DNA of 63,656 nucleotides, filler included, from Cercozoa sp. M6MM (lineage: Eukaryota > Protista > Endomyxa: Ascetosporea), in NCBI GenBank assembly GCA_040357565.1. It is 11 parts of 11 records of this genome, joined end to end, with 100 filler letters (N's around TTAATTAATTAA, not from the genome) between each part and the next. Parts side by side here need not be neighbours in the genome. Positions count along the whole stretch, not along the records: positions 50,011 to 54,399 come from JBDODJ010001150.1; positions 54,500 to 55,767 come from JBDODJ010002085.1; positions 55,868 to 60,165 come from JBDODJ010001176.1; positions 60,266 to 61,926 come from JBDODJ010001956.1; positions 62,027 to 63,656 come from JBDODJ010001971.1; 6 more parts are not named here. One strand, written 5' to 3'. This document shows positions 53,836-63,656 of this stretch, in pieces. Made by a program: the position numbers and the translations under genes. The stretch's first letter is position 1. The number at the start of each line of letters is the position of its first letter. The notes under the pieces are model-generated. The model was given only the letters and a program-made list of their open reading frames with translations. It did not search any database and was not told the DNA's origin.

Positions 53836-54201
53836 GGTGTGTTTTAGCCGTGTTACACTGCGCTGCCGCCAGTAGACACACCTATACACCGTGCTGTGCA
53901 GCGGAAACAACAATGTATGTTCCCCTTTAACCAAACGTATGTTGTGACACACTTCTTTTATTAAACAACAATGTATGTTCCCCTTAAAAGTCGCTTTAAC
54001 GAAACTAAAAGAAGTGTTAAAGCCTGTAGCCATCCAAAATCGTTCCGCTGGGCAGCCCGTGCTGTACGCAAGCGTGTGTAGTTTCAATCACCGGATCGGG
54101 ATTGTGCCCAGCGCGTGAATAAGCGTAAGTTGTCAGAAGTCAATGATTTGGGATGTGGATGGGGTCTTTGTGTATTGTGTGTGCTTGTAGGAACAACACA
54201 G
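53836..54201. promoter_or_regulatory. Probable bidirectional promoter SPT16/IMP4 containing a 23-bp direct repeat
   Basis: 366 bp between divergent ATGs; aaacaacaatgtatgttcccctt at 53905-53927 and 53963-53985. Confidence 0.55.
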
Positions 54202-54366
54202 ATGCAGCGCAGACAAGCACGCTTGCGTCGCGAGTACCTGTTCAAGCGACAACAGGTACTGTTCTGTGTTTGTGTCTCTTTTTGGTTGGGTACGGGTTTG
54301 TCACAGGAGGCGCAAGAGCGTGGTAAGGAGGCGCGCAAGGACCGTTTGCGCCAGGCGCTAGAGCAG
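54202..54366 (+). CDS. IMP4: U3 snoRNP protein IMP4, first two exons
   Basis: MQRRQARLRREYLFKRQQ|EAQERGKEARKDRLRQALEQ matches the IMP4 N-terminus (MLRRxARxRREYLY..ER..L..AL). Confidence 0.9.
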
Positions 54367-54499
54367 GTGCGTTGGGAGGGGTAACAGGGGGGGGGGGGGN
54401 NNNNNNNNNNNNNNNNNNNNNNNNNNNNNNNNNNNNNNNNNNNTTAATTAATTAANNNNNNNNNNNNNNNNNNNNNNNNNNNNNNNNNNNNNNNNNNNN

Positions 54500-54598
<99 letters not shown>

Positions 54599-54654
54599 CA
54601 CACGCGCGCGCACACGCACACACGCACACGCACAACACAGAAAAACGAGACTAC

Positions 54655-55049
54655 CTCCGAACCGAGCTTCCACAGCACAACGAGTGCCATCTTGTCGGCC
54701 TGTCAAACAGTGCAATCCATCGCGATCATTCCTGCTTCAAGAAAAACTACCGGATCGACACCAAGCTGTGCCAGGAACTTTAACAGACCCTCCTGGCCCA
54801 TAATCTCCGGTTCCTGCACCAAAATAAATCCTGGAAAACACACGAACAGTCAAAAACTGACCTCTTCGTCGGCGAAAGTGTTGAACAGGTTGCCCAAACT
54901 GGCGCTGGACGGCTGCTGCTTTCACAGCGGAGATACTGCACATGCCTCACAACACAGAAAGGAAGCAAACGCACCGGCGTTGGTGCCGCCGCAGGTGCCG
55001 CGGCCAGCTTGTTGCTTCGCGAGTTTCGACGACGACGCAGAAACGACAT
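54655..55049 (-). CDS. DCN1-like (DCUN1D) neddylation factor, N-terminal exons, no UBA domain seen
   Basis: MSFLRRRRNSR..|SLGNLFNTFADEE|EPEIMGQEGLLKFLAQLGVDP|ADKMALVVLWKLGSE fits the PONY-domain start (G.EG..F..DL.VDP.....LV.AWK). Confidence 0.8.
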
Positions 55050-55378
55050 TCTTTCGCTGTCTGTGTTCTTCAAAAATGCTCCTTCGTTTTTTGTGTTTCA
55101 GAGTCGTCAATGTAGACCTACCTGTGTGTTCGCACGGAAGGTACTCTACACTTGTACAACACAAGCACTGTACTGCAGCACAAAGGCCAAGAACCGAGTC
55201 GTACTCAAGTTCTTGGAGTAGATTTATCACGCACCCTTAAGAAATAACGTGGGTGCACCTACAGCCAGATAAACGAGTGCACGCGCGTCTGCACACCTGT
55301 TGAGCTTCGTGTTGCGTAGTAACAGCGCTGTTTTCGACAGCGAAAGCAAGAAAACCAAGCTGTCCATAGTTTTGTGCG

Positions 55379-55767
55379 ATGCAGCAGGAATACGAAGTCT
55401 CCATCAGCGGTAAGAATGCTCAGTTTCGGGCGAGTCTGTAGAGTCTCTGCTTGTGTGCTGCAGAAGGTGAAGCGTACAAAACGTTTCGCGCGTCGGTGGC
55501 TCGTCGCGTGCTGCCGTGTGGGTGGACTTTTTACCAGGTCGGTTCTTTTATCTTTCCGGGTACCTTGGGGGGTGGGGTACCTTGCAGTTAGCTTTGTTGG
55601 TCTGGACAGTGCGGCGACCGCGAGGCAGAGGAGGCGGTTGTGTTCCTGCACGGCACTAGGTTGGCTTTACCCCTACTCTTTTGCCCCCTTACACCCCCCC
55701 CCCCCCCCGCAGTGCAACGGCGGAACAGTGGTTCTTCCAGTTGATGTCGCTGTCGGCGCGTGGCTAC
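55379..55767 (+). CDS. SPG21: Maspardin (alpha/beta-hydrolase fold), N-terminal exons
   Basis: EAYKTFRASVARRVL..WTFYQ|CGDREAEEAVVFLHGTS|ATAEQWFFQLMSLSARGY parallels maspardin YxxFRxxVP..W..YD.GP....PLIFLP..SGTADVFF.Q...L...GY. Confidence 0.8.
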
Positions 55768-55925
55768 NNNNNNNNNNNNNNNNNNNNNNNNNNNNNNNNN
55801 NNNNNNNNNNNTTAATTAATTAANNNNNNNNNNNNNNNNNNNNNNNNNNNNNNNNNNNNNNNNNNNNAAAGTGAGGGGTAAACTCGAGGGGGTATACAGG
55901 AGGGTAAAGTAAGACACCACAGTAC

Positions 55926-58884
55926 CTCGATCCAGCGGTTAGGTCCATTCGTTAAGGGAGTGGTGCGATGGGTGTTGCCACCACTCAGGTAGAACGGGTG
56001 CTTGATGTCCACCTCGGCCACCGTCGTCTTAATAATGGAGGGCAGGTGGAAGGCGCGCACCTTGGGCAGTCCCACTCCCTCCATCACGTGCCCGGCGCCC
56101 GTGCTGTTTCGGGGTAAACAAGGGGGTAAACAGGGGGGTAAACAGGGGGTGGGGGTGTAAAGTGGGGGATTAAAGGGAGTAAACACACTCACCGATTCAT
56201 ACGCGCCGCCTTGGCGAGGTACCACTCGGCCAGGTCGGGCAGTGGGTCGTAGTAGCCACCCACCGGGTCAAAGTCGCCCTCGGACTGCAGGTCGTATAGC
56301 CACCTGTACAATTACAGTAATTAAGGGGGCAAGCACCTCTGTAATTAAGGAAGCGGTGTGGCTACACTTGGTCAAAGCCGGCCACCAGATCGGCCGGTAC
56401 GAAGGACCACTGCTGCGTCGAATTGTCGTTCAGCAGTGTCACTGTCGTCATGCTGCTCGTCAACTGGGGTAAATGGGGAGGGGTAAAAAGGGGGTGGGTA
56501 GGGGGAGGTAAAATGGGAGTTATATTGGGGTTAAAATGGGGCCAAAATGGGGGGCTAAAATCAGGGCTAAAATGGGGTCTCAAAAGGAGTGAACATAAAG
56601 GGTAAGGGGGTGAAATGGGGGGGGGGGGGGCAAAGTGGGTAAAAGGGATAGGGGGTGGAAGGAGGGACTAAAAAGGGGGGGGGGTAAGAAACCGCAGTAC
56701 CGTGGCCACATGGTTGGCGATCCGCGTGCCGTAACTGGTGTACTTACTGTCCAGAATGACGAACAACACACGGTCCGCATTGTGTCCCTGCTGTGATACA
56801 CATCAGTACATATAGACACTGATGAATATGGACACTGGTACATATGGACACTGATGAATATGGACACTGGTACATAGGACAAAGGTAAAGTACCTGACTG
56901 AGGTCGCGATCGGTGCACCACGTGTCAGTGTTTTGGCCCACACCGGCACCCGCTAACTGCTTTGGCAGCGTCGACCTGGGGTAAACGGGGGGGTAAACAG
57001 GGGGGTAACCAAGGGGTAAACAGAGGGGGTAAAACTACGAGATGGCGGCCAGGCCGTTCCGGTAGAATGCGACCGCTCTCAGCGACACCGACTGTCCCGA
57101 CGACACTACGAACTCGCCCTCCGGTGCCTCCGTCGTCTCCCTGGGGGTAAAGAGGATGAACAGGAGGGTAAATCGGGGGGTAAACAGGGGGTAAACGGGG
57201 GGTAAACAGGAGAACTCACTTGGCAGTGACGTCGACCCAAACACACTTGGTGTATCCTAAGTCGGTCACGTCGCAGGCGGCGCAACTCGCCGTCGCCCAG
57301 TCCTCTGTCGTGCCGATCTCTACCTCGAGGGGGGTAAATAGGGGGTAAACGGGGGGGGGGGTNNNNNNNNNNNNNNNNNNNNNNNNNNNNNNNNNNNNNN
57401 NNNNNNNNNNNNNNNNNNNNNNNNNNNNNNNNNNNNNNNNNNNNNNNNNNNNNNNNNNNNNNAAATGTACCATGCCCGTGGTAGAACACGGCGTTCCTGC
57501 GATTCAGTCGAACACATGACGTGTCCTGCGTCGTCGCGTTTCGCGAGGAGGCTACAGGGTCCAAATTTGTTAAGGGGGTGATATGAAGACTAAGGGGGCT
57601 GCAGTACCAAAGGTGTTGGAAACTCCGAGTGCTGCAACAAAAATACATAAAGTACACTTGTACCTCCCCCAGTTTACCCCCCTCCCCTTACCCCCCAGGA
57701 CTTGTTCAACGCCGTGGTCGCTGCCGCCGTAGAGACCGTCGGTGAGGAGTACGAGACCGCCACCTCGCCAGACAAGGTTGTTCAGGTAGGTCTCGATCAA
57801 CTACACAGTCAGGTTTACCCCTTAACATTCACCTACCCTGGTGAACCCTACCTGAGTGTTGACAGGTGAGGCAGACAGGTCAGTCAGCATGCGCGTGTCG
57901 ACGACGAGGTCGAGTGGCCTGGCAGCACTGTCTCTGTTGAGGTACCACTCGGTCACACGGGAGGCCACATCGCTGCGACTCGCACGGTTGCCGGGGTCCC
58001 ACATCCTGCACACGGTTTACATCCTATTTACACCACACCTACCCTCATCTTTACCCCCCCCCCCCCACACCCCTGGTACCAGATCTGATCGATGTGATCG
58101 CCGATGGGCGCCAGAGTGTCGTCGGAGTCGCCTGGAGACGGCGCCGTCTGCAGGTGCACCTGCACGCCAACGTCGCGCCAGGCCGCTTCTTGCAACGAGT
58201 CGCGCAAACTGCTGGCCACTGTGCTCGTGGTGTCCAGGTCCAGCTACAGGGGGTTAGGCGGGTAAAAGTTCAGGGGTAGGGTAGGGTTAAGGGAGTAGGG
58301 GTTAAGGGGGTCGGGGTTAAGGGCGTAAACTACAATGAGAATGTGCATCTCTGACGAGTACACAACGCCGCCGCTGCTGCCGATGAGTTCCGACTGCCAG
58401 GTCGACGTGCTGATGCTCGCAATCGAAGCTGTACAGGTACAGTTGGCATCCTTTTGTACTTATACCCCCCAGGATACAGTTGTGCAGTACCATCCGAGAA
58501 GCCGACCGTGGTGGACAGGTCAGCCAGTTCCGAACAGTCCTCTTGCGAGTTGATGTCCATATCTAACTGCGCAAAGACACAGCAGTAGCCTCCAGCACAG
58601 CAGTAGGGGTACTCTATCAACACAGTGAGTATTTAGTGCTACGCGAAGCTGCATCTCGAAGTTGCTGGTATCGTTGCTGCGTCGTGCAGCGGCTACAGTT
58701 GTATTAAACATTGTTTCACAGCTGGGCGACGCTACAGTACGCACCTCGAAGTTGCGCGCTGCATGTGCTGTCTGCTGTGGCTACTGCCTGTGTTTCGGCA
58801 ACTTACAGTCAACTCTAACTCCGGAACTGATCAAATGCTTGACTGTACCACAAGAAGCTGCAGCAGCAACAACAACGCGCACAT
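55926..58884 (-). CDS. Uncharacterised large secreted/surface protein (signal peptide), multi-exon, 3'-truncated
   Basis: MCALLLLLQLLV|AVATADSTC signal-like start; a chain of GC-rich exons with Cys pairs and N-x-S/T sites; no family recognised. Confidence 0.55.
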
Positions 58885-59877
58885 GAGCGTCGCACTTTCT
58901 AGCGCACTAAATCACTCGGCACTGCAGCGCCAGTATTGTTGAGTGGCAAATCTTCCGCTAGAACGCCAGCGTACAGTAAGCACGCAACAGCGTTTTTGGC
59001 ACGAAGAAAAGTCTTCGAACCACGAGCAACATGGTGCGATCAGGGAGGCGGCTAGCCACAGTGGAGTGAAGAACCGTTCCTAACTCTGCAGCGGTTCGAC
59101 CTGCGTCAGGAGGACAGATCGCCGTTTCATCCTCCCGGCACTTTGTTCAAAGTGCACGAACAAAGAGATTTCGCGCTCAGGGACGCGATACTAGGTCATG
59201 AGGCACGCTAATGCGCTATGAAAGGTACTGTACAAGATGGGACAACCGACACACAAAAAAACCTGCTGGAAAAATAATGTTGTGACAACTCGAACTAGGG
59301 ACCTTTTTAGCGCTAACTATGTTGGCAGGAGGATCCGGAGCTCTTCTAAAATTTCAGTACATAGAACAGGAGATCGTTGGGCATCGCTCACTCGTGTCGG
59401 ACTCGTGCCTGTGCTTCTGTCGTTGCGCCAGTTGTCTCCACCGTGCGATGAGTCGAAAGCGACGCCAGCCACAGAGTGAGTTATTCAAGTTGACACTCGA
59501 CATATGGAAAAAGACAAAAAGCGTTCCGCCATTCTGTACTACGTAACGTGACTCGACCATGCTCGTGCCGTGCGTTCAGTTTTGCTGGCCGCACTGCCCT
59601 TCGCGAACAGATTTGAGTAATTACTGCACGTAGTAATTGCAGTATTCAGTTGCAGTAATTTCCGCATCAGAGGTTTACGTCTCAGGCCTAGGATGTACCC
59701 AGTAATTACGACATGAGGCGTACCCGTAAAGACAAAAGCTTGGGCAGTAAATGCTTCAACAAGCTAGCACTACTTTCAGGATCGATCAGCAGACGTTCAG
59801 TCAGACGACAAGTATCAGGCTATCGGTTCGGTTTCTAACCGTCACAATCTGGCGGCACAAAGTGGTAACGTCAATGA

Positions 59878-60165
59878 TCACTCCTCGTAGTCCTCATCGT
59901 AGTCCTCCTCGGCGTGCGGCTCGTCGTACTCGTCGTCGTCTTCAGGGACGGGCTCTTCCTCCTCGTCGTCGTCGTCGTTCTCGTCACTCGGCTCGACAGC
60001 GGGCGGCTGCTCGACCTCCTGCTGCTGCTCCTGCTGCTGCTGATCCTCCAGCTCTTCGGTCTCGGGCTCGTCGGGCTCGTCGCAGTCGTCGGCCGAGCCG
60101 TACTTGTAGGCGGCAAAGTCCTTCTTCTCCTTGCTGTTCACCGAGTCGAGGACCCACCTGCCCGG
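59878..60165 (-). CDS. C-terminal exon of a BRCT-domain protein with acidic tail
   Basis: RWVLDSVNSKEKKDFAAY is the WxxxS helix of BRCT; followed by a D/E-rich tail and TGA. Confidence 0.6.
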   Translation of the reverse strand, partial: PGRWVLDSVNSKEKKDFAAYKYGSADDCDEPDEPETEELEDQQQQEQQQEVEQPPAVEPSDENDDDDEEEEPVPEDDDEYDEPHAEEDYDEDYEE

Positions 60166-60265
60166 NNNNNNNNNNNNNNNNNNNNNNNNNNNNNNNNNNN
60201 NNNNNNNNNTTAATTAATTAANNNNNNNNNNNNNNNNNNNNNNNNNNNNNNNNNNNNNNNNNNNN

Positions 60266-60570
60266 TGTTGTTGTTGTTGTTTCTGTTGTTGTTGTTTTTT
60301 GTTGTTGTTGTTTTTTGTTGTTGTTTTCTTGTTATTTTGTTGTTGTTCTTTTGTTGATGTTGTTTCTTTTGTTGTTGTTTCTTTTGTTGTTTTCTTGTTG
60401 TTTTATTGTTTTGTTGTTGTTCTTTTCTTTTGTTGTTTTCTTTTGTTGTTTTGTTGTTTTGTTGTTTTTTGTTGTTGTTCTTTGTTGTTGTTTTTTGTTG
60501 TTCTTCTTTGTTGTTGTTGTTGCTGTTGTTATGACCGTCTGTTGTTGCTGTTGTTATGACCGTCTGTTGT
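60266..60570. repeat. Degenerate (GTT)n / T-rich low-complexity tract
   Basis: Almost only G and T with a trinucleotide period. Confidence 0.93.
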
Positions 60571-60577
60571 TTGGCAG

Positions 60578-60668
60578 GAGTGTCTGCGCGAGCAGCAGTG
60601 GCCGAATCACGGCGCTCTGCGACGCGAAATCAACGACGCCGTCGCCGCCAACGAGCCGCTGCTCGGTA

Positions 60669-60749
<81 letters not shown>

Positions 60750-61926
60750 CCCCTCTCTCTCTCCCTCTCTCTCTCTCTCTCTTTATCTTTTGAAAACGCA
60801 GGCATCAAGGACGCACTCTGCGACAGCGACAGCGAAAGCGCAAGAAGCGACGAAAGCGAAAGAAGCGGAAGCGAAAGCGACAGAAGCGAAAGCGAAAGCG
60901 AAAGAAGCGAAAGAAGCGGAATTCTGGATCGCGCCGAGCAAGCAGTGCTGGCGGCGACGCTGCGTTTCTCCTGCGCCTTCGATGACGTAGCTTGCGCTCT
61001 CGCTGCTTTCGCTTTGGGAGCTTGAGATCGCTTTGAAAGCTTTTGACTCGAACGAGCTGCTTTGCGAGTGGAGTTGCAACAGCTTTGAGTTGAGTTGAGT
61101 TGCTTTGTGTTGAGTTGAGTTGCTTTGGGTTGAGTTGAGTTGAGTTGAGTTGAGTTGCTTTGAGTTGAGTTGAGTTGCGTTGAGTTGAATAGCTTTGAGT
61201 TGAGTAGCTTTGATTGACTTGAGTTGAGTTGCTTTGATTGACTTGAGTTGCTTTGATTGAGTTGCTTTGAGTTGAGTTGAGTTGAGTTGAGTTGAGTTGA
61301 GTTGAGTTGAGTTGAGTTGAATAGCTTTGAGTTGAGTTGAGTTGCTTTGAGTTGAGTTGAGTTGAGTTGAGAGAGAGAGAGAGTGTGAGTGCAGTTGGAG
61401 TGGCTGCAGCAGTGGCAGGCGGCGCCGCAGCTGCTGCGACTGCTGCAGGCCAAGCGGCGACTCAACGTGCGCCTGCGACTGCACCCGCGCACGCCGCGCT
61501 GTCTGCGCCGACTGGTGGATGCGGTGCCTTGAGTCTTTACCCCCCTTTTACCCCCCCCTTTCCCCCCCCCCTACCCCCCTCCCCCCCCCCCCCGGCAGGT
61601 GTTCGGCAACTTCACCAGCGTCGTGCTCAAGTCGTGGGTATTGCCCCCTCCCTTTACCCCCTACCCCCTTACCCCCCTCCCCCCACAGAAGGACGACGAG
61701 GAAGATGAGGACATGGCACCTGTTGACAACAACAACAACAACAGCAACAGCAACGAAGAGGAGGAGGAGATCCGTGTGGTCAACAACAACAACGAAAACA
61801 ACAACGAAAACAACAACAACGAAAACAACAACAACAACACCGACAGTCTGAGTCCTGTGGTCGGCGAGTCCGAGGAGGACGAGTACAAGGAACAGCAGGA
61901 CCGCAAGGAGCAGGAGTCGCCGGGCT
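60578..61926 (+). CDS. Fragment of uncharacterised protein with Asn/Glu-rich low-complexity region
   Basis: GC-rich GT-AG-bounded exons between microsatellite introns (ECLREQQWPNHGALRREINDAV; LEWLQQWQAAPQLLRLL; VFGNFTSVVLKSW; poly-N). Confidence 0.45.
61083..61370. repeat. (GAGTT)n pentamer array with interspersed GCTTT variants
   Basis: About 55 five-nt units; source of the spurious QLNST-repeat ORFs. Confidence 0.95.
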
Positions 61927-62081
61927 NNNNNNNNNNNNNNNNNNNNNNNNNNNNNNNNNNNNNNNNNNNNTTAATTAATTAANNNNNNNNNNNNNNNNNN
62001 NNNNNNNNNNNNNNNNNNNNNNNNNNAGTTAGTGACACGACGCTTTTGGGTGCTGTCGGGGCGCTAGCTGGGGGGGGGGGG

Positions 62082-63656
62082 CTACCACAAACCGAGCCAC
62101 AGCACGTGCGACACGAGGTGCGACTCGTACACGAAGTAGTCGTCGTCACTGGCACCGTCACTGGTCACTGCCACGGTTTGATCGACGGTTCGATCGACGG
62201 TTCGATCACTGAGACGGTCGCAGGAAGGATCAATATCGACCACGTGCTCCACTGGTGCCGACGGTTCCACTGACGGTTCCACTGACGGTTCCGCCGACGG
62301 TTCCACCGACGGTTTCTCGACCAGTGCCGACGACGGTTGATCGACGAGAGCGATCACTGGAGCCGACGGTGCGACCTCGTTGATCTCCACACTGCCGCGA
62401 TCATCGACACCGTCACCGTCTGACCTCGTTGATCTTGCCGCGTCGTCCAGCAGCTCGTCCTTGCGCACACGGGTGGCACGAACGGCGCCCTTGAGATCAC
62501 TGTGGTGACATACCCCCGTTGTTTGGTTTCGTATTCTTCTCAACACCAAAACCAAAAAAAAACCCCAAAAATTTAAAAAACCATACCGATACAGCGCCGG
62601 CAGTCTGTACAGCGATACAAGTAGTGGCAGTGCCGCTAATGCAGTCACCTGGTCACCAAAAAGTGCATTAAAACCTTAATGGGATGGATTTTGGGCATCT
62701 TGGTATTTTTGTTAAGGGAGCGGCTGCTTACCAGATCGATCACGAGCAGCATGACGTGGTGACGTGCACAGCGCCGCATGTACTCTGTGCGTCTGCACAC
62801 CCATTAGGGCTCGTGCTCGAGTGCAAAACAATTTTGGTTTAGTTTTTGCTACCGTTGGGCGTATTTCGAGTTGATCAGATACACGTCGCTGGGAGGGGGA
62901 GGGGGTAAAAGGGTAAAGGGGCAGAGTAAAGAGGAAGAGTGGGAGGAGTATAAGACGCACCGCAGCAAGGACGGCATGCGCACGACAGTGAGAAGCACCA
63001 CAGTAGCCAGCAGCACGAAGGGCACGTCGAGCAGCACGTCTCTACAGCAAGCACACGTCCGCGCGGACACAGAAAGATACCAAAATTGAGGTACTTGCAA
63101 TGACGCATAACTTCGCGGTGTCGGCGCGGCACTTCGCTCGTGCTGTCGTCGCAGCCGTCAGTGTTCTGCCCTCAGGTGAAGTTACAGTTAAGTCAAAGCT
63201 CCGCTCCCTTAAGAAAAAGGAGTCGTCCAACTGTACCGTAAGAGCCGACAGCAGTGAGCCGAGTCGCCACGGCAGCAGCAGCAGCGGCACGAGACACACG
63301 ACGCACCACGCATCCGCCAGCGCCGTCTTGCCGCGTCGCCGCAGTCGCACACGTCGCGCACGGTCCGCCTCCGCCTCGTCGACCTGGGCAAAGGGGGGTA
63401 AGGAGGGGGGTAAGCAGGGGGGTAAAACACTGGCCCACCTTGGCCATGGCGCGCAGCGTGCCGACCAGTCGCAGCGGCGACACCACACACGTGGCCACAC
63501 CAAACACGAAAAACGGCACATCGCGCAGCAACTGCGCTGTCTCTCTGCAGGGGGTAGAGGGGGTAAAGAGGGGGGGGGGTAAAAAGGGGGGTAAAGAGGG
63601 GGCAAAGACGGGGGTAAAGAGGGGGGTAAACTACCGCAGCGCGCGCCACTGCCACG
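62082..63656 (-). CDS. Membrane protein with tandem D-x-P-F..(P/V)-x-R hydrophobic repeats (fragment)
   Basis: LRDVPFFVFGVATCVVSPLRLVGTLR; LADAWCVVCLVPLLLLPWRLGSLL; LLDVPFVLLATVVLLTVVRMPSLLR; ALAALPLLVSLYRLPALYR. Confidence 0.6.

Overview
Eukaryotic (protist-like) draft-genome DNA, not prokaryotic. The window is 11 separate contigs/scaffolds joined by artificial N44-TTAATTAATTAA-N44 linkers, so adjacency across a linker is not evidence of linkage. Genes are tightly packed and split into short exons by many short GT-AG introns, so the ORF track misses or garbles most of them. Splicing by hand gives: a GATA zinc-finger factor, UTP6, an N-acylated coiled-coil orphan, an FKBP4/5-type TPR immunophilin, a chitin synthase, an NT-C2 protein, a USP34-like protease, SerRS, a PiT phosphate transporter, an OFA-type MFS transporter, a GRIP golgin, a divergent PAN2-like protein, a myosin, ISWI, GlyRS, POLE3/DPB4, a DYRK-family pseudokinase, SPT16, IMP4, DCN1-like, maspardin, a secreted orphan, a BRCT protein end and a membrane-repeat protein. 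Most striking: (1) a class of introns built from heterogeneous TTTAC(C)n repeats that begin within a few nt of a degenerate GT donor. They recur in unlinked genes, appear only away from gene 5' ends, and coexist with palindromic GTCCATATGGAC and CACGTG intron repeats. (2) A chitin synthase with intact catalytic motifs but a ~750-aa acidic insertion inside the catalytic core. (3) Apparent pseudoenzymes (DYRK-like kinase, PAN2-like). All family calls come from remembered motifs; no database search was run, and exon boundaries are predictions.
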